From IMG/VR virus record IMGVR_UViG_3300043432_000484, positions 32,001-96,000 of that record: a DNA stretch of 64,000 nucleotides. One strand, written 5' to 3'. Each line of letters opens with the position of its first letter. The first letter of the stretch is position 1. The notes under the pieces are model-generated. The model did no database searches and was not told where the DNA came from. It saw nothing but the letters and a program-made list of their open reading frames with translations. Both the position numbers and the translations under genes were made by a program. Source of the stretch: a virus (lineage: Duplodnaviria; Caudoviricetes). Positions 51,333 through 60,096 of this stretch are shown here, in pieces.

Positions 51333-51548
51333 TCAGCCCAGTTTACCTTCCAAAAACTTAGCCCGCACCTTCGCGATCAGCAGAGGCACTTGCTCTTCAG
51401 TGACCTCGTACACCTTGAGGTTGGGTGTCGGGGCCAGCAACCAGGACTCGGTTGGGAACCGGTGAGCCAGAAAGCGATCCCCGCCCAAAGCAGCCTGCAA
51501 GATCACACAACCAGGACGCATCAGCTCAACATCGAATGCAATCTTCAT
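51333..51548 (-). CDS. Hypothetical protein
   Basis: ORF tiling. Confidence 0.5.
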   Translation of the reverse strand: MKIAFDVELMRPGCVILQAALGGDRFLAHRFPTESWLLAPTPNLKVYEVTEEQVPLLIAKVRAKFLEGKLG

Positions 51549-51702
51549 AGCCTACCCTTGATGCGATTCAGATGCTTCTTGAAGACCGTGGCCATGTGCC
51601 TTGGCCCCCTTAGAGGAGACCAATACAACTCCCAACCTTCTTTGAATCCATCTACGAATGCGTGCCAGAGTATCTTCATGTTCGCCACCCTAGCACACTT
51701 TG

Positions 51703-51787
51703 CGGAAGATCGAGGTCCCGACCCCCACAGACTTTCGCCTGCCCACCGCTTTCAAGGCGGGTCCCGCACCTTGCGAGTTGATCTTCC
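51703..51787 (-). tRNA. tRNA-Ser(TGA), 8/4 cloverleaf
   Basis: 8-bp acceptor GGAAGATC/GATCTTCC-G73, CTTGAAA loop, long variable arm, 4-bp T stem. Confidence 0.85.
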
Positions 51788-51794
51788 AATGATT

Positions 51795-52088
51795 TCACAT
51801 ATCCAATTCAAAACAAGGGTGCTGATCATCCCCAAAGTAGAACATCAACACCTGAGATACCCGACGCTTCATTTGTTCACCCGGTATCTCCCATGTCTCG
51901 TCATTTTTGACGAAACTAGAGTGCTGGAAAGCCGTGTACTCACTTCCAACATCCAAATAACTTGCAAACAGGTTGACCGCATTCACACGCACGCGAACAC
52001 GTAGAGGATCCTCCTCTATCAGCTCCAATACCTCCCACTCATCCCCGTGATCGGAGGCGATCTGCCCAACTTTCAACCTTGTTCTCAT
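51795..52088 (-). CDS. Hypothetical protein
   Basis: ORF between tRNAs. Confidence 0.55.
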   Translation of the reverse strand: MRTRLKVGQIASDHGDEWEVLELIEEDPLRVRVRVNAVNLFASYLDVGSEYTAFQHSSFVKNDETWEIPGEQMKRRVSQVLMFYFGDDQHPCFELDM

Positions 52089-52090
52089 AG

Positions 52091-52180
52091 CGGAAACCGG
52101 AGGTATTGATCCCCACAGACGGTCTTAGCGCCTGCACACTGTTTTCGAAACAGGTCCGGCCCCCGGCCGGTTCAGCTTCC
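52091..52180 (-). tRNA. tRNA-Ser(CGA), 8/4 cloverleaf
   Basis: GGAAGCTG/CGGTTTCC-G73, TTCGAAA loop, long variable arm, GGGG-ATCAATA-CCTC. Confidence 0.85.
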
Positions 52181-52181
52181 A

Positions 52182-52253
52182 TGGTGGCGGTAAGAGGAAT
52201 CGAACCTCACCCGAAGGCCTTATGAGAGCCCCGTCCCGCCTTGGGATACCGCC
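52182..52253 (-). tRNA. tRNA(CAT), Met or Ile2, compact D arm
   Basis: GGCGGTA/TACCGCC-ACCA, CTCATAA loop. Confidence 0.8.
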
Positions 52254-52256
52254 ATG

Positions 52257-52724
52257 TTACTCTTCTTTGGGTAGATGCGGAGGAAACGCTGCCTCGCACT
52301 CCTTGTTGAACTCTTCCATCCCAACCTGAGGCCTGGGGTTGTCCAGCATAGCCTCAATCTGCCGAGGAGTCAGGTGTGTTGGCGTTGGATTGCTGTAGTG
52401 ATCCCGCTTGGAGAGCTTGTTGATCAATGCCTCAGACTCTTCAGCGGTCTGGTATATGATCGGGAACCCAGGGAATGCACGCTTGGCTTCTCGCTTGGCT
52501 GGAGGGGCCAAAGGGTCCACCAGGAGGCCTTCCCTCACAGCTGTGTCTACGCTCACTCGTTCCAAGAATCCCGCGTGCCATGCCGCGCCGCCGGGCAGCA
52601 ACCAAATGATCGATCCCTTGTCAATCTTGGTCAACCCGAGCCAGAACGGCGCAGGAGCGACTACCCTCTGGCAACGCAGGAGGAGCAACAGGGTAGAGAA
52701 AAAATGGCGTAGGTAGCGGAGCAT
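52257..52724 (-). CDS. Hypothetical protein
   Basis: ORF 9 nt after GGTGTA. Confidence 0.55.
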   Translation of the reverse strand: MLRYLRHFFSTLLLLLRCQRVVAPAPFWLGLTKIDKGSIIWLLPGGAAWHAGFLERVSVDTAVREGLLVDPLAPPAKREAKRAFPGFPIIYQTAEESEALINKLSKRDHYSNPTPTHLTPRQIEAMLDNPRPQVGMEEFNKECEAAFPPHLPKEE

Positions 52725-52742
52725 GACGTTATTTACACCGAT

Positions 52743-53171
52743 TCAGCGAAGCCCGTACAGGTACAAAAAGGCGGCCCACCCAGATGGGAGCAAATCGGTT
52801 GGCTCATCCAACTGATTGCCATACTGCACCGCCATCTCAAGCATGTACTTGGCATGCATGAACGCCTCCACGATCGGGCGAGTCTCCTGCAACCAGTTGG
52901 CATTGGTGGTACCATGGTTGAAATGGCGCCCGGTGCCGTCCTGGATGATCCGCATGAACCACTCGTTCAGCCTCACCTCTGGCATCAGCGCTTGCAACGC
53001 GTCCACCATCGCGGAAGTGCTGTGCTGCATGTAGAAGACCTTGAAGCTCTGGTGGTAGAACCTGTACACGTAGTCCTCGTAGCACCAGTGATCCGAAATC
53101 TCCCCCAACAGCTTGGTGAGCTGCGGGAGGTCCCTCTTCAGTGCTGCCAGCAAATCGCGATCGGTTCCCAT
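52743..53171 (-). CDS. Hypothetical protein
   Basis: ORF 10 nt after GGTGTA; YRFYHQSFKV...LPSGWAAFLYL. Confidence 0.7.
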   Translation of the reverse strand: MGTDRDLLAALKRDLPQLTKLLGEISDHWCYEDYVYRFYHQSFKVFYMQHSTSAMVDALQALMPEVRLNEWFMRIIQDGTGRHFNHGTTNANWLQETRPIVEAFMHAKYMLEMAVQYGNQLDEPTDLLPSGWAAFLYLYGLR

Positions 53172-53194
53172 GGCTCTTTACTACACCGGTTGGG

Positions 53195-53266
53195 CGCTCC
53201 TGGAAGGAATCGAACCTACGTAAACGGCGTTCGAAGCGCCGCGCCTGTCCTCTAGGCTACAGGAGC
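53195..53266 (-). tRNA. tRNA-Arg(TCG)
   Basis: Cloverleaf, CGGCG-CTTCGAA-CGCCG. Confidence 0.9.
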
Positions 53267-53269
53267 ATG

Positions 53270-53340
53270 CGTTCCCGGAAGGAATCGAACCTTCGTGGCA
53301 GCCTTCGCAAAGCTGTGCCTATCCTCTAGGCTACGGGAAC
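53270..53340 (-). tRNA. tRNA-Arg(GCG)
   Basis: Cloverleaf, CAGCT-TTGCGAA-GGCTG. Confidence 0.9.
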
Positions 53341-53346
53341 ATTGAA

Positions 53347-54159
53347 CTATTCTACTGTGTCTAGAATGTCTTCGATTGTGAGCTTGTCCAGCTCCTTCGA
53401 GACACGAGCGGCCACCAACTGGGCGTAGATCTCCATGGGGTCCATCTCCTCTCCGCCCTCTTCCTTGGCGCGCTTGAGGAAAAACTTGAACAGGACCTTC
53501 GCCGTGTATTTGCCGGCCGTGATGATGTCCCTGACGTCTTCCATGTCCCCCTGGACATCCCCGATCCCGTCGGCGGTGATCGCATTGATGCTGATCTTCT
53601 TGGCGATGCCCGTCACAAAACCGTAGATGGACTTGCTGGCGAGCCCTCCGCCCCCGAGCAGAGCTACGACCGCTATCTGGACCGCCACATCCCGGGCAAC
53701 CGTCTGCATAGCCTTGGACTGCTCTGGGGTGACCTTCTTGCCGGTCAGGAGGGCCTTGACTCCGGTGCCGCAAGCCTTGAACTCCGCGATCTCATCCTTC
53801 GAGTGCTTCAGCGCATTCCTGGCAAACGTGCCGGGCGCCTTCTTGATCTCTTCAGCGGCCGTGCTGAGGGCCTTCTTCCGGTGCTCAGGGTCGGTCAGAA
53901 ACTTGTGGGCTTCCTTGGGGAGCTTCTTGATGGCCGCCGCAATTCTCTTGTCCAGCTTGGCTGGGAGGAGGGGGACCTTGGGCTCGTTACCACTCTCCTC
54001 GGGCTCCTTTTTGGGTTCCGGGTGCTTGGCCGCGGGGGCCACCGAGTGGTTCGCCTTGTCGGCCTTAGGATGCTCCTTCAGGTAGTCCTGAAGGGCCTTG
54101 TCCGATGGGAACTCTTTTGCCTGCAGGTAGCGGCGGGCAACGCGGTGAGCCGAATCCAT
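53347..54159 (-). CDS. Hypothetical protein with N-terminal RVARRYL motif
   Basis: Long ORF, likely ATG 54159. Confidence 0.7.
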   Translation of the reverse strand: MDSAHRVARRYLQAKEFPSDKALQDYLKEHPKADKANHSVAPAAKHPEPKKEPEESGNEPKVPLLPAKLDKRIAAAIKKLPKEAHKFLTDPEHRKKALSTAAEEIKKAPGTFARNALKHSKDEIAEFKACGTGVKALLTGKKVTPEQSKAMQTVARDVAVQIAVVALLGGGGLASKSIYGFVTGIAKKISINAITADGIGDVQGDMEDVRDIITAGKYTAKVLFKFFLKRAKEEGGEEMDPMEIYAQLVAARVSKELDKLTIEDILDTVE

Positions 54160-54310
54160 ACCACAGGCAGGGCACAAGAAGGATCGCGTGACGGTGGCCG
54201 GCTTTCCACCTGGCTCTTGCATGGCACCATTAGGTTTACAGCCCCCGGCCCCATGCGGCCTCAGGCGTCCGTTGGTGCTGGCCTCTTACGCCAGCCGCAC
54301 CATCACACGG

Positions 54311-54381
54311 CGTCCCTAGAAGGAATCGAACCTTCACCGCTGGTTTCGGAAACCAGTACTCGTCCGTCGAGCTGCAGGGAC
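54311..54381 (-). tRNA. tRNA-Arg(CCG)
   Basis: Cloverleaf, CTGGT-TTCCGAA-ACCAG. Confidence 0.9.
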
Positions 54382-54443
54382 ATTCTTCCGATTCGAACCA
54401 AACACTTTGTGCAACTGCTGATCTATTCATACACCACCCAGAT

Positions 54444-54971
54444 ATGCACCCGTGTGACCATTGCCAGACAGAAACCAGTAACCCTCGTTTCTGCTCCAAG
54501 TCTTGTTCAGCTAAGCATACCAACAAAGAGGCCCCAAAACGAAAAAGGGTGAACTTCTGCTCTTGCGGAAGCCCCCGTAGGAGTGGTGTGGCATTCTGCT
54601 CAAGTTGTGTCAAGGCTAGGGCTGCCAGCATCAAAACTCGAACTCTGGGAGAGTATCGCCAGATGCTATCTGTAAGGGGTAAGCACAGCTCATGGACACA
54701 TGCCCATATCCGAGCGCTTAATCGGGATTGGAATCGAGACTTGACCAGTCTACCGTGCTTAGCATGCGGGTACTCAAAGCATGTAGAGCTATGCCACATC
54801 AAACCGGTATCTGAGTTTCATGATGGCGCTACTTTAGGAGAGGTCAATGCACCGAAAAACTTGTTGGTGCTTTGCAGGAATCATCACTGGGAGTTTGATC
54901 ACGGTCATATTACACTGGCATGCTTGCTTGCGCCTTCGGCTGGACTCGAACCAGCATGTAAAACGGCTTAG
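54444..54971 (+). CDS. HNH endonuclease
   Basis: FCSKSC, CLACGY..VELCHIK...NLLVLCRNHHWEFD. Confidence 0.85.
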   Translation: MHPCDHCQTETSNPRFCSKSCSAKHTNKEAPKRKRVNFCSCGSPRRSGVAFCSSCVKARAASIKTRTLGEYRQMLSVRGKHSSWTHAHIRALNRDWNRDLTSLPCLACGYSKHVELCHIKPVSEFHDGATLGEVNAPKNLLVLCRNHHWEFDHGHITLACLLAPSAGLEPACKTA

Positions 54972-55004
54972 AAGACCGCTGCCCATCCTTTGGACCACGA
55001 AGGC
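54931..55004 (-). tRNA. tRNA-Arg(TCT)
   Basis: Cloverleaf, GCGGT-CTTCTAA-GCCGT. Confidence 0.9.
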
Positions 55005-55054
55005 ATTGAGGCAGCTGGGTTGTTCATCCCCTTGAGGCACGCTGCTATGCCAGG

Positions 55055-55126
55055 AGGCGTGGGTCAGATTCGAACTGACGAATAACGGGGTTGCAATCCG
55101 CTCCCTTTCCTCTTGGGTACCACGCC
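55055..55126 (-). tRNA. tRNA-Cys(GCA)
   Basis: Cloverleaf, TTGCAAC loop, U73. Confidence 0.9.
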
Positions 55127-55138
55127 AAAAATTCACAA

Positions 55139-55570
55139 TCACAACACCCCACCGTTCCTAACGTAAGTCCTAAGACGATGGCATACAGCACACACTAAAT
55201 CACACTTGGAGATCTCATCCATCACCTTCTCCCAAGAATTCCCAAAAGTACCAGCCATCCAAGAAACATTCCCGGATTTAGTCGTTCCTTCTCGGTGATC
55301 GAAATCCATGGCATATGGGTGAAAATAACACCCACAATCCACGCAGGGGCGTCCCGTCTTATACTCTTGGAGTTTGCTCGCGATCCTAGTGCGTCTGGAT
55401 TTGGCGTTATCGAGGTACGTGTCACGGTTAGACACGTAATGCTCCCTATGGCTGATCTTCTTGCAGGATTTACAGTACGACTGATACCTAATGGACCCGT
55501 CCTGATACGTGCCCCTTCTAGTAAAAGCACTCTCTGGTTTAAACTCCCTACATTTACTGCACGCCAACAT
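55139..55570 (-). CDS. HNH-type endonuclease
   Basis: CSKC...CKSC; CVDCG...MDFDH...EISKCDLVCAVCHRLRT. Confidence 0.85.
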   Translation of the reverse strand: MLACSKCREFKPESAFTRRGTYQDGSIRYQSYCKSCKKISHREHYVSNRDTYLDNAKSRRTRIASKLQEYKTGRPCVDCGCYFHPYAMDFDHREGTTKSGNVSWMAGTFGNSWEKVMDEISKCDLVCAVCHRLRTYVRNGGVL

Positions 55571-55583
55571 GCATCCCCACCGA

Positions 55584-56102
55584 TCATTCTGCCAAATACT
55601 GCACTACCGCATGATGGTTGCTCTTGATCATCCTAACGATCAACCCCACCAACCGATTGCTCTGATCATACACCGGGCCGCCAGAATCTCCGATGCACAT
55701 GGGAACGTCGTACATGAGGTCCCTGCCATCAATCGACACAACGCGACCCACACTCTCGATCTGTCGGTAATGCCCAAGAGGGCATCCCCACCCCAACAGC
55801 CTCGAAGTGTCTCCCACCTTAGGCTTGTGATCGGCCCACACCACATCTTTGATCCCCTTCAATCCCGGGACATGCAACATGGCCATATCCCATTCCGGGT
55901 TCGGAACAATCGGTAGATCAACTTTGAGCCCGTTGACCCACATCGGGCCTGGACCCATGCAGTGAGCGGCAGTCAGGACCCAATGATTGTGGATCGGGAC
56001 TCCGCTACATTGCATCCGATCCTTCTTGATGATCGTCACCTTCACCGAGGCGGGGGCCTGGCAACCAGCCAACAGGCACAGGAGAAGGAATCTGACTATC
56101 AT
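55584..56102 (-). CDS. Trypsin-like serine protease, lipoprotein
   Basis: Lipobox LAGC; WVLTAAHC, DMAML, GDSGGP triad. Confidence 0.9.
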   Translation of the reverse strand: MIVRFLLLCLLAGCQAPASVKVTIIKKDRMQCSGVPIHNHWVLTAAHCMGPGPMWVNGLKVDLPIVPNPEWDMAMLHVPGLKGIKDVVWADHKPKVGDTSRLLGWGCPLGHYRQIESVGRVVSIDGRDLMYDVPMCIGDSGGPVYDQSNRLVGLIVRMIKSNHHAVVQYLAE

Positions 56103-56175
56103 GGAGCGACCGACAGGAATTGAACCCGCGTGTTCAGCTTGGAAGGCTGATGCCCTGCCACTAGGCCACGATCGC
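56102..56175 (-). tRNA. tRNA-Gly(TCC)
   Basis: Cloverleaf, CTTCCAA loop, UCCA end. Confidence 0.92.
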
Positions 56176-56187
56176 ATTATTCACTAG

Positions 56188-56274
56188 CGGAAGACAGAGC
56201 ATTCGAAGCCCATACCCTTTCAGGTACGCATCCCTTTCCAGGGGAGCCCGGCGAGCCTTTCCGGTTTATCTTCC
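56188..56274 (-). tRNA. tRNA-Ser(GGA), 8/4 cloverleaf
   Basis: GGAAGATA/TGTCTTCC-G73, CTGGAAA loop, long variable arm, GGGC-TTCGAAT-GCTC. Confidence 0.88.
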
Positions 56275-56832
56275 TCTATACCGCCACACCCCAAACAGCC
56301 CTGCTTCTCGAACCTCTTTCAAAACGAAAGACAGCATCTTCCATGCCTCATAAGGCATGTCTCCACGTAACAAATTACACCGAATGCAGCTAGGCAAGCA
56401 ATTTTCATTAGTGTGTCCCAACTCATTGTCTTTTCGATCCAATGTCATGAGATTGGAGACGTCGCCGCAATACGTGCACGGCAAACTCAGAGACGCCTCA
56501 ACAAAATCTCGCGTCAAATCAAACGTTCTCCCATAGCGACGATCAGACTTTCTAGCGTCGTCAAAAACGTACCAACCCCGGTTCTCCGGCTTTAGACGAC
56601 GGCGTTTTTGCCGTTCGTTGATTGACTGTCGACTCTCTGTGGAGTAAACGTAGTTTTCGTGCCTTATGAAGTGTGAGATATCAAGACCATAGGCTTTGAC
56701 TCGTTTGGCCACACTCATTTGAGCGCCACCACCCTGTTTCAAACCTAACTCACGCAACACCCCAGACATAGACGTGCTATTGGACACCGCCGAGGCTAAA
56801 AGTTCGCGAGAGTATTTGATCCTGATCGCCAT
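56266..56832 (-). CDS. HNH-type endonuclease
   Basis: N-terminal HTH; CTYCG...TLDRKDN..GH...NCLPSCIRCN. Confidence 0.82.
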   Translation of the reverse strand: MAIRIKYSRELLASAVSNSTSMSGVLRELGLKQGGGAQMSVAKRVKAYGLDISHFIRHENYVYSTESRQSINERQKRRRLKPENRGWYVFDDARKSDRRYGRTFDLTRDFVEASLSLPCTYCGDVSNLMTLDRKDNELGHTNENCLPSCIRCNLLRGDMPYEAWKMLSFVLKEVREAGLFGVWRYRGR

Positions 56833-56845
56833 CAGATATGGAAAA

Positions 56846-57460
56846 TCATAAGTACATTTTCCAATTGGTAGGTAGAAGGTCTTTAGACAGCACCCAAGTA
56901 ATGCCGCTCGGCTCCAAAACTAGCACATCAGTGCTCCCGCCAACCAATCCTGGTTTACCGATGCACTCCAGCAACCAAGACGTGGTGCCAACAAACCGAA
57001 CAGCGAATCTCACGCCCATCCTCGTAGTTTGGATCATGGGCCGCAAGCCGTTCATCACGTCTACCACACACCCCATCGTAAGAAAATAACTAACACCTTG
57101 GGGGATGACCTTCTCTTGACCTCCCCCGAACACTAAATGCCGGGCGTGATCTATCCCGGCCCAATACCCCACGACTGTAAGCTCTAGGTCACAAGCTGAT
57201 TGAAATCTCTGCCTCAAATCCCCACACACAGACTCTATTTCTGGTTTAGAGACCCAAGATTCCGAGATATCACGCAAATGGAACCCTATAGTAGCGCCCT
57301 CAAACTGAACGTCCCCCGCTACCGCGACTACAATGTCATGGCGCAAGACATGAATTTTTTCAGCGGTGTAGTAGGATCCAGACCCGTCGGTGGAAATACT
57401 GCAACTATCCGCGGCTATTACCACTGATTCCAAAGTGCGTACTGTCACTATACAGGTCAT
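56846..57460 (-). CDS. Ntn-hydrolase, proteasome-beta/HslV-like peptidase
   Basis: M-T1-CIV...VVIAADS...EKIH...VAVAGD...VGG. Confidence 0.7.
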   Translation of the reverse strand: MTCIVTVRTLESVVIAADSCSISTDGSGSYYTAEKIHVLRHDIVVAVAGDVQFEGATIGFHLRDISESWVSKPEIESVCGDLRQRFQSACDLELTVVGYWAGIDHARHLVFGGGQEKVIPQGVSYFLTMGCVVDVMNGLRPMIQTTRMGVRFAVRFVGTTSWLLECIGKPGLVGGSTDVLVLEPSGITWVLSKDLLPTNWKMYL

Positions 57461-57465
57461 GAGTT

Positions 57466-57543
57466 TGGTAGGCCGTGAGGGAATCGAACCCTCCTGTGAC
57501 CCGCTTATAAGACGGGCGCCTTCTCCAGATGTGCTAACGGCCC
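57466..57543 (-). tRNA. tRNA-Ile(TAT)
   Basis: Cloverleaf, CCCGT-CTTATAA-GCGGG, ACCA. Confidence 0.9.
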
Positions 57544-57546
57544 AAA

Positions 57547-57762
57547 TCAGTTCTCGCTTCTCACTACACCGGGAGGGTCCTGCCACTCTATCTCCGTGGG
57601 AGACTTTGCGACCAAGATCTGCCCGGCACGCGGGGGCGTGGTGGTCAGTGCAAGCACATACTCCCCACGTTGGCTCTTCCTCGATGTGATGTGGATCTCG
57701 AAAGGGACCCTGCACACGTTGCATTCGTGGTACCCATGCCTGCATGTCTGATCGTTACTCAT
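57547..57762 (-). CDS. Small hypothetical protein
   Basis: ATG shares the terminal A of tRNA-Thr CCA. Confidence 0.45.
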   Translation of the reverse strand: MSNDQTCRHGYHECNVCRVPFEIHITSRKSQRGEYVLALTTTPPRAGQILVAKSPTEIEWQDPPGVVRSEN

Positions 57763-57837
57763 GGAGCCGTCGATGGGAGTCGAACCCACAAACTCCAACA
57801 TACCAAGTTGGCGCTCGGCCACCCGAGCAACGACGGC
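57762..57837 (-). tRNA. tRNA-Thr(GGT)
   Basis: Cloverleaf, CCAAC-TTGGTAT-GTTGG, CCA. Confidence 0.9.
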
Positions 57838-57847
57838 AAAATCTCTG

Positions 57848-57921
57848 TACCCACCGAGGGAGTCGAACCCTCACCGTTGCGCGTTTTAAGTGCGCTGCCT
57901 CTGCCTTTGGGCTACGTGGGC
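57848..57921 (-). tRNA. tRNA-Leu(TAA), short variable loop
   Basis: CTTAAAA loop, A73. Confidence 0.85.
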
Positions 57922-57929
57922 AAATCTAG

Positions 57930-58004
57930 TAGCGGCGGAGGGAGTCGAACCCTCACTGAATGGGATTTGAAGCCATTGCCTCCTGCCAATTGGGCTACGC
58001 CGCC
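57930..58004 (-). tRNA. tRNA-Leu(CAA), short variable loop
   Basis: ATGGC-TTCAAAT-CCCAT by alignment with its paralogs, A73. Confidence 0.8.
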
Positions 58005-58040
58005 ATGTGACACTAACCAGATCCTACAAATACACCAGGG

Positions 58041-58112
58041 GGGGGCCGACGGGAATCGAACCCGCTACACATGATCCACAATCATGCCGCTAACCAATTG
58101 CGTTCGGTCCCC
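58041..58112 (-). tRNA. tRNA-His(GTG)
   Basis: G-1:C73, CATGA-TTGTGGA-TCATG. Confidence 0.85.
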
Positions 58113-58114
58113 AG

Positions 58115-58188
58115 TGCGGATGGAGGGAGTTGAACCCTCACTTGACGGCTTCTCGAACCGTTGCCTCTGCCAGTTGGGCTACATCCGC
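58115..58188 (-). tRNA. tRNA-Leu(GAG), short variable loop, C33
   Basis: ACGGT-TCGAGAA-GCCGT, A73. Confidence 0.82.
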
Positions 58189-58189
58189 A

Positions 58190-58275
58190 TGGTGCACGAG
58201 AGAGGAGTCGAACCTCCACGATCAAATGATCACCGGCTTCTGAGACCGGGGCGTCTGCCGTTTCGCCACTCGTGC
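58190..58275 (-). tRNA. tRNA-Leu(CAG), canonical long arm
   Basis: CCGGT-CTCAGAA-GCCGG, GATC-ATTT-GATC arm, ACCA. Confidence 0.92.
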
Positions 58276-58277
58276 AT

Positions 58278-58352
58278 TGGTACCGCGGGAGGGACTCGAA
58301 CCCACCTAGTTCTCCGTGTAAAAGAGATGCCCTCCCCGAGGACGACCGCGGC
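58278..58352 (-). tRNA. tRNA-Val(TAC)
   Basis: TCTCT-TTTACAC-GGAGA, ACCA. Confidence 0.88.
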
Positions 58353-58359
58353 ATGAAAA

Positions 58360-58953
58360 TCAGTCGATGCGTTGTAGCAGCTTCTTGACCAAACGCATCA
58401 TTGTCAACCCCGCAAGCTCGGGATTGGTGGCGATCGCTTGCTCGTGGATCGCCTTCGAGAAATCAGACCCTCCCTGGAGCTTGGTTGGAATGTACCCAAC
58501 CCAAACCAATGGGTACCCACCATGGATCCCTAGAGTCAGAGCAATCGTCTCTAGGGCGGGGTAACCGGAGAAATAGTAGTAGAGCTTGAGCCGCTGCTGA
58601 GTGGCTCTCATGTAGAACTTATCGTGAAACTTTTTGCTCAGTTGGTTCTGGAAGCTAGGGAGCATTACCTCCATAGAGAGCTTGGCATCGTCGAACACCA
58701 GCTGCTTGGCATCCTTCACCACTTCGGGCGACTCATGCAGCTTGGGGTTGAGAATCGGAGGAGGCTCATTCCGCAGCTCACGCTGGCGCTCTGGCGTCAT
58801 CGGGCGAGCCGGAAGCACTGGAAACAGCCCTCTGGCTACCTTCAGCTGACCCTCAACCCAGCCCACCACTTCCGGGCTGGGCTCCGGGCCACCGGTGGCG
58901 GCCTGAACCGCCCAACGGGCGGCAACGCGGAGAGTCCTCTTGTCCATCATCAT
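58360..58953 (-). CDS. Hypothetical protein with N-terminal RVAARW motif
   Basis: ORF between tRNAs. Confidence 0.65.
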   Translation of the reverse strand: MMMDKRTLRVAARWAVQAATGGPEPSPEVVGWVEGQLKVARGLFPVLPARPMTPERQRELRNEPPPILNPKLHESPEVVKDAKQLVFDDAKLSMEVMLPSFQNQLSKKFHDKFYMRATQQRLKLYYYFSGYPALETIALTLGIHGGYPLVWVGYIPTKLQGGSDFSKAIHEQAIATNPELAGLTMMRLVKKLLQRID

Positions 58954-58974
58954 TGCGCCTGGATAAGAAGACTG

Positions 58975-59047
58975 TGGAGCCTGCGGGCTCTGCCCCCGCC
59001 ACCTCAACCATGCCATGGTCGCGCTCTCCTGAATGAGCTAAGGCCCC
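58975..59047 (-). tRNA. tRNA-Ala(GGC) with non-canonical T loop
   Basis: G3:U70, ATGGCAT loop, T loop GGCAGAG. Confidence 0.8.
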
Positions 59048-59116
59048 AGAACATCGAGGGCGGGCGCCGAGCTTTCACAAGCACTGCTACTTGCTCGGCA
59101 CCCGATGCTTACCCAG

Positions 59117-59188
59117 TGGAGAGTACGGGAATCGAACCCGTCAACTGCTGTGTGCGAGACAGCACCGGCCCCTTGCCTGTCACTCCCC
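59117..59188 (-). tRNA. tRNA-Ala(CGC)
   Basis: G3:U70, GCTGT-CTCGCAC-ACAGC. Confidence 0.85.
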
Positions 59189-59728
59189 GTTCGTATCTAC
59201 CGAATTATGAGCGGCAACCGCTAAGCAAAACTCGACCAAGCTCTCGTCTGAATAGGTGTTCCGAGCAAGATTGGCCATGACGCTAACGAATCTGACATTA
59301 CCCTCCACATAGCCTAAAGAGCAATCGATCCTGTCAAGGCTAGCATTCCTGGGAGATGGGGTTTCCCAACCTGAAGTGCATGAAGGTAGAATCAACTTCC
59401 ACCCCGTAATAGGGCACACACCTTCCTGCGAATTCCATACACTAGACAGATACACCAGGGTCAAACTGGTAGCACCCCGATGGCGTCTATCCTTAGCCTT
59501 AGCCCTCAAAAGGAACCAACGAAACGGAGCGTGCTCGTCTCTGCTTCGAGGACGCAAGTTAGTTAGGTTGCCAGGTCCTGGATGAGTCTTATTGCGTTCG
59601 GTCATTGCACAAGAATGACCGCAAAAGAATCGGGTTCTGCCTTGTTTGACCCAACGATTATGCTCCCTTGTCAATTTCAAAAAGGGGGATGAGCAGTTGG
59701 CACACAGTAGTTCGATCTTGTTAGGCAT
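59180..59728 (-). CDS. HNH-type endonuclease
   Basis: CANC...FCGHSC; CPITG...ASLDRID...GYVEGNVRFV. Confidence 0.82.
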   Translation of the reverse strand: MPNKIELLCANCSSPFLKLTREHNRWVKQGRTRFFCGHSCAMTERNKTHPGPGNLTNLRPRSRDEHAPFRWFLLRAKAKDRRHRGATSLTLVYLSSVWNSQEGVCPITGWKLILPSCTSGWETPSPRNASLDRIDCSLGYVEGNVRFVSVMANLARNTYSDESLVEFCLAVAAHNSVDTNGE

Positions 59729-60084
59729 GGTGGAAACGGGTGGAGTCGAACCACCGTCCAGAAACGATCCGAGACGAGTACTACGAACGTATCCTCTTGT
59801 TGCTACGTGGCTCGGTTCACCAAGAGGCGGCTACCCGGCCACGTTCCGACTGTTTCTAGTGAGTGTCGGTCGGAAACACCTGACTCACCGAACCCTTGTA
59901 CTTTCTCAGCCCTCCGAGCCGCGTCCCCCAAGGGTAGGGAAGCTCGAAGTTTAGCGCCTCAGGCCGCTACGGCAAAACCGTTGTCGTTGGCTTTTGTATC
60001 GTCCAGACAGGATTTACGTGGTCACCTGGACCCACGGTTCGCACTCCATCACTTCAGCGTCCCTGTCGAAACCGGGGCGTTCCC
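59728..60084 (-). ncRNA. ssrA: tmRNA, tag (A)ANDNGFAVAA*
   Basis: 5' GGGAACG...GGTTTCGAC, G3:U70 acceptor, T arm plus ACCA, tag ORF 59991-59959. Confidence 0.95.
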
Positions 60085-60096
60085 AAACTTCACTAG

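Noticed and set aside
51703-51787. selC (tRNA-Sec), suggested by GGAAGATC ends
   Set aside because: Anticodon is TGA (Ser), not TCA, and the T stem is 4 bp; no sel genes.
57930-58004. Possible opal (TCA) suppressor tRNA
   Set aside because: Alignment with the three paralogous short-arm tRNAs places the anticodon at CAA. TGA and TAG are used as ordinary stops in this window.
56846-59016. Long N-terminal extensions in the ORF track (57745, 57822, 59016; also 56177 and 61318)
   Set aside because: They read through tRNA genes; internal ATGs give sensible N-termini such as Thr1 and a lipobox.
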